DNA of 64,000 nt, taken from an uncultured virus (IMG/VR IMGVR_UViG_3300046007_007003) (taxonomy: Duplodnaviria > Heunggongvirae > Uroviricota > Caudoviricetes). Below are positions 37,647 through 45,392 of the stretch, piece after piece. The notes under the pieces are model-generated. The model was not told the origin of the DNA. It did no database searches and saw only the letters and a program-made list of their open reading frames with translations. Made by a program: the position numbers and the translations under genes. Location of the stretch: the IMG/VR virus record IMGVR_UViG_3300046007_007003. One strand, 5' to 3'. Positions within the stretch are counted from its first letter, which is position 1, and each line of letters starts with the position of its first letter.

Positions 37647-38486
37647 CTAGACGTACTCAAAGCGCCAGCCCTTGTAGGGGCCTTTTGCCAAAGGTTTTCC
37701 GCTTCTGACGGACCGCTGCACTGTCGGCAAAAAGATCCCCAACTGCTCCTTGATCGCGGTCGTCCTCGGGAACACCGTGACTTCTCCATCCGGAGAGATC
37801 ATGCGAACAGGCTGGCCCATCTTGGCCTTCGACTCTTCGCTGTGGCTCTTTCCCGCCCAATGCTTGTTCCCCTTCTGAGCGTCAGACAACTTTCTCCGGT
37901 GCTCCTCAGAGCGAATGTGCCCTTTGGCATTCTTGTTGCCCTTTAGTGCCAAAGACATCTTGGCGCGGGTCTCCTCCGAAGGGATAAACCTCCCGCCACG
38001 GCCCTCGGCCAGCGCGGCTTGGACCTTGGCACGGATCTTCTCCTTCGCTTCTTCGCTGTGTTTGTGTCCGGTTCGTGGGTCCGACACCTCCCACTGACGA
38101 GTCGTAGCCTCGCTCAGAAGAGCCTTCTGTTCGTCGGAGATGGATCGGCCAGTTAAGGGCGACAGCCCAGTCCCTTTGGTGCCGCGCCACGGGGCACGAG
38201 CGCTACGGCCATGGTTGTAGCACTCGGGCGTGCCGACGTACTTTAACAGCCAGCCATCTTCCGCACTTTCCAACAATTCTCTGCTGGGCACTTGTTCTAC
38301 AACCTCAAACTTGAAGACGTCTTCACCGTACTTGTTCCACGCGTTCTGCAAATGCTTGCAGTGGTGCGTGCCGTTCCGAAGAAGCCTTCGGTGTCGCCGA
38401 AACCGCGTGCGCGTATCAACTGCGCTTCCAACGTAAAACTTACCATCCACGACGTTTCGAATTTTGTAGATCACGTTTTGGGACAT
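37647..38486 (-). CDS. GIY-YIG homing endonuclease with several NUMOD3 repeats
   Basis: VIYKIRN...FYVGSA...RF..H; GHKHSEE, GHIRSEE, GKSHSEE. Confidence 0.88.
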   Translation of the reverse strand: MSQNVIYKIRNVVDGKFYVGSAVDTRTRFRRHRRLLRNGTHHCKHLQNAWNKYGEDVFKFEVVEQVPSRELLESAEDGWLLKYVGTPECYNHGRSARAPWRGTKGTGLSPLTGRSISDEQKALLSEATTRQWEVSDPRTGHKHSEEAKEKIRAKVQAALAEGRGGRFIPSEETRAKMSLALKGNKNAKGHIRSEEHRRKLSDAQKGNKHWAGKSHSEESKAKMGQPVRMISPDGEVTVFPRTTAIKEQLGIFLPTVQRSVRSGKPLAKGPYKGWRFEYV

Positions 38487-38545
38487 CGTTTCGCTCCGTT
38501 ATAACTGTATGTATCAATACAGTCTCGTGGCACGACTTGTCAACC

Positions 38546-38575
38546 AAAAAGAAAAGGCCCGCCGAAGCGGGCCTT
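38546..38575 (-). terminator. Rho-independent terminator after the major capsid gene
   Basis: GGCCCGC-TTCG-GCGGGCC followed by TTTTCTTTTT. Confidence 0.85.
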
Positions 38576-38600
38576 GTCCGGGCGTAAGCCCTTGTTTTTA

Positions 38601-39512
38601 TTAGGCAGCGCCCTCGGTCCCGAACACGCAGCGCCAGTCGCTCACGCCGAAGCTGTAACGCTCTCGCGCTTTAAAACGCATGTTCCCAGAATCAAAATCA
38701 CCCTCCATGCCCGTCCGGATGGGCGTGCGCTGGAAGTATTTGAACCCGTTGGGAGCGTCGGTCTTGATGAAGTAGGCGTCAGGGTCCGTGAGGAAGTGGT
38801 TGACCACCGCCCCATCCGGGATCATCCCCATCGACTTCATCGCGTTGATATCATTGTCCGCGGACCCCGGGCGGAGGTTCGAGTTAATGATACGCTCGGC
38901 GATGAACTGAAGCTCCTTCGGAATGATGAGCTTCATGCCACGAACGGCGATCTTGAGCCCACGCTCGTCCGTGAACCCTGCGATGTCAATGAGCATCTGC
39001 TCAAGCGACGTTTCGTTGAGGTCCGCAGGAGTTCCGAGCGTGTTGCTCTTGTTGCCGGTGAGCGTCGGGTGCGAAGCCGAGCAGAGCGCGGCGCCGTCGC
39101 CGATGGCAGAAGCGCCAGCGGTGAAGGCGTTGTTGAGGATGGCTGCGGCCTTGATCTGCTTGGTCTGAGCCATCGAACGAGCGAGAGCACGGGTGTACCG
39201 AGCCGCGAGACGGTCGTAGAGGTTGTCCTCGATTGCTTCCTCGGTGATCGAGAAAGCGAGGGCAATCGTCTCGTGGGTGTAGCGAGCCGTGTAGGTCTCT
39301 TGCGCATCGTCGTAGGAGATCGCCTGACCTTCGTTCTTGACAGGTGCTGTCGAGAAGCCCCCGAGCATAACTTCTTCTTCGAACGCACGATCCGAGGATT
39401 CCTGCTCGAAGATTTCGGCATGTTCGTTGTCGTAACGGTCATACTCCAGACCAAACAGCGCGTTAAGGCCGGGTTCCAGCTCTTTCGCAAGTTGTGCGCG
39501 CGAAATGGGCAT
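38601..39512 (-). CDS. Major capsid protein
   Basis: ISRAQLAKELEPGLNALFG...KARERYSFG.SDWR; downstream of scaffold, followed by a terminator. Confidence 0.88.
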   Translation of the reverse strand: MPISRAQLAKELEPGLNALFGLEYDRYDNEHAEIFEQESSDRAFEEEVMLGGFSTAPVKNEGQAISYDDAQETYTARYTHETIALAFSITEEAIEDNLYDRLAARYTRALARSMAQTKQIKAAAILNNAFTAGASAIGDGAALCSASHPTLTGNKSNTLGTPADLNETSLEQMLIDIAGFTDERGLKIAVRGMKLIIPKELQFIAERIINSNLRPGSADNDINAMKSMGMIPDGAVVNHFLTDPDAYFIKTDAPNGFKYFQRTPIRTGMEGDFDSGNMRFKARERYSFGVSDWRCVFGTEGAA

Positions 39513-39528
39513 TTTTCAGGTCCCTTCC

Positions 39529-40185
39529 TTAGATACCCGTCGAATCCGCAGTGGTCTGCGAATCGAACGAGCGAGTGGCTGCATTGAAGTGGGCGTTGAT
39601 GCGGACGAGGAGGTGCGCCCCAGCCGAGGCGTAGTCGTTGTTCGCGTCGTCATCCACCAGACCGACGATGCGCAGAGGAAGAGTAGCCGTGGTGTCGATG
39701 GACGAAACGCTGAGTTGCGCCGTCGAACGACCCGTGGCAGTCGAACCGCTGCGAGCCGAGGTGCCGAGAGAAGCGTTCGCAAAGACCGCAGCGAGCGCAG
39801 TGGCCCGGTTGGTCAGCGAAGCATCCGCAGCAACCACGAAAAGCTGGTCGGGGTTGTCCGCGACCATGGCTTTGATGGGGTAGTTGGTGTTGACACTGAC
39901 GCTACCCGAGCCCGGCCAGTAGTTCTTCCAGACAGGCTTGTTCGTGACGTTGTCAACATATTCCACGCCGATCAGAACACCGAGAGCCGCCGTCGTCCCA
40001 CCAGACGTCGCACCCGCATAGTCGATGACGCCGTTGGCAGTGGGCGTCACAAGACCAAACTGGTAGATCGCGTTGGTGTTGTTCGAAGCAATCTCATAGG
40101 TGGTCAGGCCAGTGCTGTTGGTGGCACTGCCCGCAAGTCCGACCGGACGAAGACCGAAGGAAGTTTCGGCGTTAGCCATTTCCAT
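39529..40185 (-). CDS. Capsid decoration/cement-like protein
   Basis: MAN...FGLRPVG N-terminus; immediately upstream of the major capsid gene. Confidence 0.6.
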   Translation of the reverse strand: MEMANAETSFGLRPVGLAGSATNSTGLTTYEIASNNTNAIYQFGLVTPTANGVIDYAGATSGGTTAALGVLIGVEYVDNVTNKPVWKNYWPGSGSVSVNTNYPIKAMVADNPDQLFVVAADASLTNRATALAAVFANASLGTSARSGSTATGRSTAQLSVSSIDTTATLPLRIVGLVDDDANNDYASAGAHLLVRINAHFNAATRSFDSQTTADSTGI

Positions 40186-40207
40186 TCTCCGTCGTCAGGG
40201 AGGAGCG

Positions 40208-40693
40208 TCAGTTCCGACGCGATCCCCCAAAGGTTACACGAGATTGACGATCAGGGTTGGTGATCGTCATGCTTTGATGTGCGTTCTCGCGTAGCATATC
40301 GTTGTCCACGGCCCGTAGCTGGTCGGTGTTCCGATCAGCATAGTAAGCATTGCGCTGTTTGACCGTTTCAACGGGAATGCGTGCAAGAAGCAGTCCGCCA
40401 ACACCAAAGACGCCCTCATACTTCCCCGAATCAATCACCGGAGCTTCAAAATCGGGGTACTCATCCTTGCGAACAAGTTCGTAACCCTCTCGAAGCCGAG
40501 CAGAGATGTTCTTGCGGTCATCAAAACCACGCACTTCTGCTCTGATCCAGCGATGCTTGAACCCTTCAGGCGCGGGGGGAGCATCCAAGGTAGACGGAGG
40601 AGCCCACGGACGACGCTGGGCCGTCTTTTCGCGGGTTTTGCTGGAGCGAGGGGCACGATCAATGCCCTGAAAGCCGTTTTCTGCTTCGGACAT
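40208..40693 (-). CDS. Conserved head-module protein
   Basis: WAPPSTLDAP.APEGF.HRWIR...LREGYELVR...GVGGLLLARIP. Confidence 0.7.
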   Translation of the reverse strand: MSEAENGFQGIDRAPRSSKTREKTAQRRPWAPPSTLDAPPAPEGFKHRWIRAEVRGFDDRKNISARLREGYELVRKDEYPDFEAPVIDSGKYEGVFGVGGLLLARIPVETVKQRNAYYADRNTDQLRAVDNDMLRENAHQSMTITNPDRQSRVTFGGSRRN

Positions 40694-40697
40694 CGTC

Positions 40698-41603
40698 TTA
40701 CTCCTTCACATACTTTGCATAAAGTTCCAGCGGCACACCCAGTTTTTTAGCCACGGCGACTTGGGTCGGGGTGAGTCGAACCTTCTTACTGCGTGCAGGT
40801 GTAGTTACCGAGTTGGCGCGGGATACTCCAACAACCGTCTGCACGGCACGCTTGCTGGACCCGGATAGTTTGTGCGGAAACTCCTCGCGAAGCCTCCGAT
40901 CCAGTTCAGTATAATACTCATCACTTTCTGGGTCAAACCCTTCTTCAGCGACGAGCTTTTTGTGCAGGCCAAAGGTGGCAAACGTCATCACCTCGTCTTG
41001 GCCAAACCACGTGTTTCGCTGCGCCCATTGCTCGGCCTTCGGATCAGGCCTGCGGGCAGGCGCCTGTTGAGGCTGCTGAACCGGCGTCTCCTGCGAAAGG
41101 ATTTGAGCACCCTGCGCCGCCTTTACCTGCTCGGCATAAGCCTCCTGTTGCTGCTTTGCGGTGGTATACTTCTCCGCCGCAGCATAGAGTTGAGCAAGCC
41201 TACGCTGAGATTCGACAACCTTGGCCGAGTCGCCGATTTCAACCGCCCGCTTCATCTCGGCTTCGGCAATCTGCGTCTCAGTGGCCAGACGACTGCCATA
41301 CTCTTGCAGATATCCTTGGTCGACCTGCGTCATCCGCGTGCGAAGTTGCTCGGCCTCCGCTTGCACCTGCTTTGCGTAAGACAGGGCTTCCTGCTCACGC
41401 CGCTGTGCATCGCGCATCTTTTTGGTAAGGCGATTGATGCGCGCCTGAGCAGACTCACTTACACGCTCATGCTCTGACGTTTCCCGGGGCTCTGATTCCG
41501 CCGGAGACTCGGCTTCCGCAATCTCGACTTCAACCGCCTCGGCATCCCCGACGTCGAGTTCGATCTCGCCAGTGTTCGGCTCGTACACTTTTTGCTCGCT
41601 CAT
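40698..41603 (-). CDS. Capsid scaffolding protein
   Basis: Acidic N-terminus, coiled coil, C-terminal VRLTPTQVAVAKKLGVPLE.YAK. Confidence 0.75.
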   Translation of the reverse strand: MSEQKVYEPNTGEIELDVGDAEAVEVEIAEAESPAESEPRETSEHERVSESAQARINRLTKKMRDAQRREQEALSYAKQVQAEAEQLRTRMTQVDQGYLQEYGSRLATETQIAEAEMKRAVEIGDSAKVVESQRRLAQLYAAAEKYTTAKQQQEAYAEQVKAAQGAQILSQETPVQQPQQAPARRPDPKAEQWAQRNTWFGQDEVMTFATFGLHKKLVAEEGFDPESDEYYTELDRRLREEFPHKLSGSSKRAVQTVVGVSRANSVTTPARSKKVRLTPTQVAVAKKLGVPLELYAKYVKE

Positions 41604-41610
41604 CTGCTCC

Positions 41611-42054
41611 TCACATGCTCAAGATGTCGTCGGGATCAAGGATCGTTGCGATGATCTCATCGTCGTTCAGAACCCGAACCTCCCCGCCGTCAATGCGGAA
41701 ACGAGATCCAGCATACCGCGCAAAGATCACCCAGTCCCCCGCCTTGCACCACGGACCGTCCGGAAACTTGGCCGTGTCAGCATAACACAGCGGGCCCGTT
41801 TTCAGAACGTAGCCGACAACCGTCGCAAGTTGGCTGTTATCGACAACTTGATCCGGCAGAAGAACCCCTCCCGAGGTCCTGTTCTTGCCGCGGTAGGGCA
41901 GAATCATCAGTCGCCACCCAGTCGGGTCGGGCATCCTGTCCAAAAGAGACTTGTCGATCTTGGTAGGATCTAAAACGCGCTCTTCCGGGGCAACGTACAG
42001 GTCTACAAGACCCTTTGCCACCTCCTCCAAGTCAGTTTTAGCTATCTTAGTCAT
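41611..42054 (-). CDS. groES: Co-chaperonin GroES-like protein
   Basis: PTGWRL.I.P...TSGGVLLP...VLKTGP...GDWVIF.RYAG......LNDDEI. Confidence 0.85.
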   Translation of the reverse strand: MTKIAKTDLEEVAKGLVDLYVAPEERVLDPTKIDKSLLDRMPDPTGWRLMILPYRGKNRTSGGVLLPDQVVDNSQLATVVGYVLKTGPLCYADTAKFPDGPWCKAGDWVIFARYAGSRFRIDGGEVRVLNDDEIIATILDPDDILSM

Positions 42055-42244
42055 CAACCAGCTCCCGCTTCTCCAAAAAGTCATTGAGCGCTTGCGCGGT
42101 GTAGTTCAGCGAAGCCAACTCCCCCATCAGGTAGCGATAGTGCTCCATACTGGTCAGACCGTTCAATTCGAGCACTTCCATAATGTGCTCTCGACGGTCC
42201 CGAAGCGCTTTCTGGAGATGTTGGGCAAGCTGAAGAACGTCCAT
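42047..42244 (-). CDS. Small hypothetical protein
   Basis: 65 aa; MEHYRYLMGE; overlaps the GroES start. Confidence 0.7.
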   Translation of the reverse strand: MDVLQLAQHLQKALRDRREHIMEVLELNGLTSMEHYRYLMGELASLNYTAQALNDFLEKRELVDD

Positions 42245-42424
42245 TCGCAGATACCCGCATCAGATCGTATTCTGTGTGGGTATTTATCTAGCACGTCTGA
42301 AAATATCGCACAACATGCTTAAGAGGTATATTGACCTCCACTCGAATATGCGATTTACTGCGCCTTTTCGCTTCTTTTCTGGCTGGCGGGAAGGGGACAG
42401 GGGATGGAAAAAGTGCTCCATCCC

Positions 42425-43345
42425 CTACTTCCCAAGTAGTTTTGCAAGCGTCTTGGGCCCGGCAACGCCGTCAGGCGTCAGCCCTTGGCTTTGCTGCCAC
42501 GCGCGGAGGGCTTTTTCGGTGCCGGGGCCGAAGCTGCCGTCGGCTGCGATGCCGAGGGCTTTTTGGAGGGCGGCGACTTCTTCACCACGGCTTCCAACGC
42601 GGAGGACTTGAGATCCTCCACCTTGTCCTTCACCGCTTCCTCCACCTTGTCCTCGATCTTGTCGAGAACCTTCCCCGCCACTGCTTCCACCACCATTCCC
42701 TGCGGTGTTTTGCCCAGCAAGGATCGCAAGAGCTTCATCATAGCGTTTTCTCCTATCCGGCAGGCCAATGTCCCCGCCGTTGATGATCTTGGTGACGCGC
42801 GCAACATCGCCCGTGTCCGCCACTTCGTTGAGGCCGCGGGACTGCCAAAACCATAGTGCAGATACCAACGCCCCTTCCTTGGTCTCCAGATACGCAGCAA
42901 CCTCTTCGGCAGTCTTGCCGATTGCCTTCCCGAACGTCGTATAGTTCGAGCGACCCGTGACCTGCTTCAAGCCACGACCGCGAAACCGCCAGCCGTCGCC
43001 CTCTTGAACGTTCCCAAGCGCACCGCTCGAAGAACGATTCTTATCCATGTAAACGTAGTTAGCGATCTTCTCAGGATTTTTGGCGTACTCGGCAGCATTT
43101 GCCTTGCCCGGGCCAAAGTAGCGCGGGAAGACGCGGAGCAACGTCTCTTCCTTGTAGTTCAGGTTCTCTTCGAGGAGCTTGAAATCGGCGCTCTCGTGGG
43201 CACACTGACTCAAGAAGGACGCAACCCGACGCGGCGAAGTAATGCCGTACTTCGGCAACAGGTCGTTAAGGACCGCACACCACTCCGCAGCGTCCTTATT
43301 GGTCGATAGGATCTTCGCAAGTTGGGCTTCCGTCAGAAGTGTCAT
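42425..43345 (-). CDS. Endolysin: GH19 domain, Gly-rich linker, peptidoglycan-binding domain
   Basis: FLSQCAHES, EENLNY, GDGWRFRGRGLKQVTGR, INGG; LQ.ALG..ADG.FGP.T...DGVAGP.T. Confidence 0.9.
   Translation of the reverse strand: MTLLTEAQLAKILSTNKDAAEWCAVLNDLLPKYGITSPRRVASFLSQCAHESADFKLLEENLNYKEETLLRVFPRYFGPGKANAAEYAKNPEKIANYVYMDKNRSSSGALGNVQEGDGWRFRGRGLKQVTGRSNYTTFGKAIGKTAEEVAAYLETKEGALVSALWFWQSRGLNEVADTGDVARVTKIINGGDIGLPDRRKRYDEALAILAGQNTAGNGGGSSGGEGSRQDRGQGGGSGEGQGGGSQVLRVGSRGEEVAALQKALGIAADGSFGPGTEKALRAWQQSQGLTPDGVAGPKTLAKLLGK
42478..42741 (-). CDS. 87-aa protein nested out of frame in the endolysin gene
   Basis: AGGAG-8nt-ATGATG; MMKLLRSLLGKTPQGMVVEAVAGKVLDKIEDKVEEAVKDKVEDLKS is protein-like. 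Confidence 0.6.
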   Translation of the reverse strand: MMKLLRSLLGKTPQGMVVEAVAGKVLDKIEDKVEEAVKDKVEDLKSSALEAVVKKSPPSKKPSASQPTAASAPAPKKPSARGSKAKG

Positions 43346-43354
43346 TCTCTCTAC

Positions 43355-43807
43355 CTACTCACACCACGAAGATTTTTTCTCGCCCTTGTACGGCCGGGCG
43401 TGGCCGTTCTCGATCAGCAGGTCTGACAAGCTCTTGCCGTCAAGGAAGACGTAACCCAAAACCCTGCCGCCGTACTTGTCCCATTCCTTGATCTGCACGT
43501 CGATCACCGTGGCGCTGGCGATTGCGGCCTTGGTGAACGCGCTCGCCTCAAGTGCCTTACCCGCCTCGGCGGGGCACAGAGCTCGCGGTGCCTTCTCTGG
43601 GGTGTCCACCCCCAATACACGAATGGACAGCTTGGGCGGCAGTGGGGCTGGCAAGAACCCCACTGCGATCTCTATCGTGTCGCCGTCTATGATGCGGTTG
43701 ACCTTGTACGGTTCAGCAGACGCGCTAAAGCCGAGGAAGATGAGTATCAACGACTTGGTCAAGATGGCGATGACCGCCATCCAGTGGGGTATCCAGTGGG
43801 CCATCAT
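43355..43807 (-). CDS. Thermonuclease (SNase-like) with N-terminal hydrophobic segment
   Basis: IIDGDT, IRVLGVDTPE, DKYGGRVLG, LIENGHA. Confidence 0.85.
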   Translation of the reverse strand: MMAHWIPHWMAVIAILTKSLILIFLGFSASAEPYKVNRIIDGDTIEIAVGFLPAPLPPKLSIRVLGVDTPEKAPRALCPAEAGKALEASAFTKAAIASATVIDVQIKEWDKYGGRVLGYVFLDGKSLSDLLIENGHARPYKGEKKSSWCE

Positions 43808-44082
43808 TCGGAGCCGCCAGCCGGGGGTTCAGGCGCCTTTTCCTGCCCGCGACGTGTGGCGAGCATGATGCCCGACAGCGTTCCGGTGAGGAACGTCGCG
43901 ATGGGCTGGATCAGTTCGAAGAACTTCTCGTCGTTCGGAGCGCTGCCATTCATCGGCTGGGTCACGAAGATCAGGCTGTAGAGAACAGCGAAGATCGTGC
44001 CGGTCAGCGTCAGCGCAAGGCAGATGCCGACAAAGAAGCGCAGTTTGGCCTCCAAGGCATCGGCGTAGTCGTCAACCTTCAT
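43804..44082 (-). CDS. Two-TM membrane protein (holin candidate)
   Basis: Two hydrophobic segments; lysis region. Confidence 0.55.
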   Translation of the reverse strand: MKVDDYADALEAKLRFFVGICLALTLTGTIFAVLYSLIFVTQPMNGSAPNDEKFFELIQPIATFLTGTLSGIMLATRRGQEKAPEPPAGGSE

Positions 44083-44311
44083 TTGTCACTCCTCCCCTCT
44101 CAATGAGGTAATCAGTACAGGTTCCAGACGCCTCACACACGGGAGGCATACACTGAGGATCCGACCACATCTCCGGATCTTGGCACTGATAGCGGTAGAA
44201 TCCGTCACCAGCCACATAGACCATGTAGCTGAACACAGATACGGCAAACGCCAAGGCAACGAACGGACCATAGGTGATTAGGCCCCAAGCGGCGCGGATC
44301 ATGCGTCTCAT
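44072..44311 (-). CDS. Membrane protein with Cys-rich C-terminus
   Basis: TM segment then YRYQCQDP..W...C.PP.C..SG.C. Confidence 0.6.
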   Translation of the reverse strand: MRRMIRAAWGLITYGPFVALAFAVSVFSYMVYVAGDGFYRYQCQDPEMWSDPQCMPPVCEASGTCTDYLIERGGVTNEG

Positions 44312-44787
44312 CAGTACCCCTCATTGTTGGCATAGTACAGGAAGACGATCAGGCCAATCATGCCAGCAATCGAAGATACCATCAAGAAAATCAAAAGTAC
44401 ACTTACCAACATCTCCTTAACTTCGGCCTGACGGTGCTCGTGAGCCTGACGACGCTTGCGGATGTCCGCTTCCATCTTCAAGAACTCGTTCCAGCCGCTT
44501 TGCCCGTAGCTGTACTGGATGTAGGTGCGCAACTCATTGCGCTGCGCTTCAATCCGCTTCTTCGCCGCGAAGACCTCCATGGCCTCCGCCTGCGCATTAC
44601 CCCCAAACGCCTTGTACCAAGGAGGGTCCGAAGCCTTCTTTTCGTGAAACTCCAGATCGGAAATCGCGCTGGCCCACTGCGAAAGCTGGCCACCCATGTC
44701 CTGAAGTTCCCGCCCAATCTCAATGCCTTTCTTGAGGGCATTGTAGGCGCTGCTCGCAAGAGCTATCGCGCTGATTGGGTCGAGCAT
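44311..44787 (-). CDS. Membrane-anchored hypothetical protein
   Basis: MLDPIS N-terminus, coiled coil, C-terminal TM. Confidence 0.7.
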   Translation of the reverse strand: MLDPISAIALASSAYNALKKGIEIGRELQDMGGQLSQWASAISDLEFHEKKASDPPWYKAFGGNAQAEAMEVFAAKKRIEAQRNELRTYIQYSYGQSGWNEFLKMEADIRKRRQAHEHRQAEVKEMLVSVLLIFLMVSSIAGMIGLIVFLYYANNEGY

Positions 44788-44791
44788 GGCA

Positions 44792-45016
44792 TCATTTCCT
44801 CAATGCCTGCTCTATACTGTCGAGCTTCGCAAACACGGCCTTGAAACCCTCCCGGATCTCCTTGAACTCGCGGTCATGCGCCTGCTTCGTCGTCTCGACA
44901 ACAGCCTTCAAAACCGCAATTTCCGTGCTCTGCTGCTGAACGCGGCTGTGCAAAAGCCAGACAAAGCCAGCTACAGGCGCAACAACCCACTGCATGATCG
45001 CGTTCAGAACGTCCAT
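44792..45016 (-). CDS. Small TM + coiled-coil protein
   Basis: 74 aa; hydrophobic N-terminus; KLDSIEQALRK. Confidence 0.6.
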   Translation of the reverse strand: MDVLNAIMQWVVAPVAGFVWLLHSRVQQQSTEIAVLKAVVETTKQAHDREFKEIREGFKAVFAKLDSIEQALRK

Positions 45017-45018
45017 TC

Positions 45019-45189
45019 TCAGCCCCGACGCCTCGACTTTCCGGCCTGAGACAGCGCAATCGCAATCGCCTGATCCCGACTCTTCACAACAGGAGCCTTC
45101 TTCGGACCCTTCGGATCGCGGCCCGCGTGCAACGTCCCGCGCTTGAACTCGCCCATGACCTTGGCGACCTTGTCCTTTTTCTTCGCCAC
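45019..45189 (-). CDS. Small basic protein, DUF6496-like (not in ORF track)
   Basis: GTG start; KVAKVMGEFKRGTLH...VKSRDQAIAIALSQAG. Confidence 0.7.
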   Translation of the reverse strand: MAKKKDKVAKVMGEFKRGTLHAGRDPKGPKKAPVVKSRDQAIAIALSQAGKSRRRG

Positions 45190-45191
45190 GG

Positions 45192-45392
45192 TCACACACT
45201 CACATACCGGCCACCGCGCTCGGCAGCACCCATGCCACGCTTCTTGCCCACGGTCCGCGAACCGCGGCTCGTGTTCGGCGTCGCCATGTCCTCAAGCGAC
45301 GCATAGGGAATGCTCCCCTGCCGCTCAATCACCGCAACCTTGCTCGGCTTCGGCGCCGGACCAGCCGGAGCGCCCTGAAACTTGACCTTCAT
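45192..45392 (-). CDS. Small basic protein
   Basis: Overlaps the portal stop; ends RGMGAAERGG. Confidence 0.6.
   Translation of the reverse strand: MKVKFQGAPAGPAPKPSKVAVIERQGSIPYASLEDMATPNTSRGSRTVGKKRGMGAAERGGRYVSV

Noticed and set aside
38504..38523. LexA SOS box
   Set aside because: Spacing is CTGT-N10-ACAG rather than CTGT-N8-ACAG
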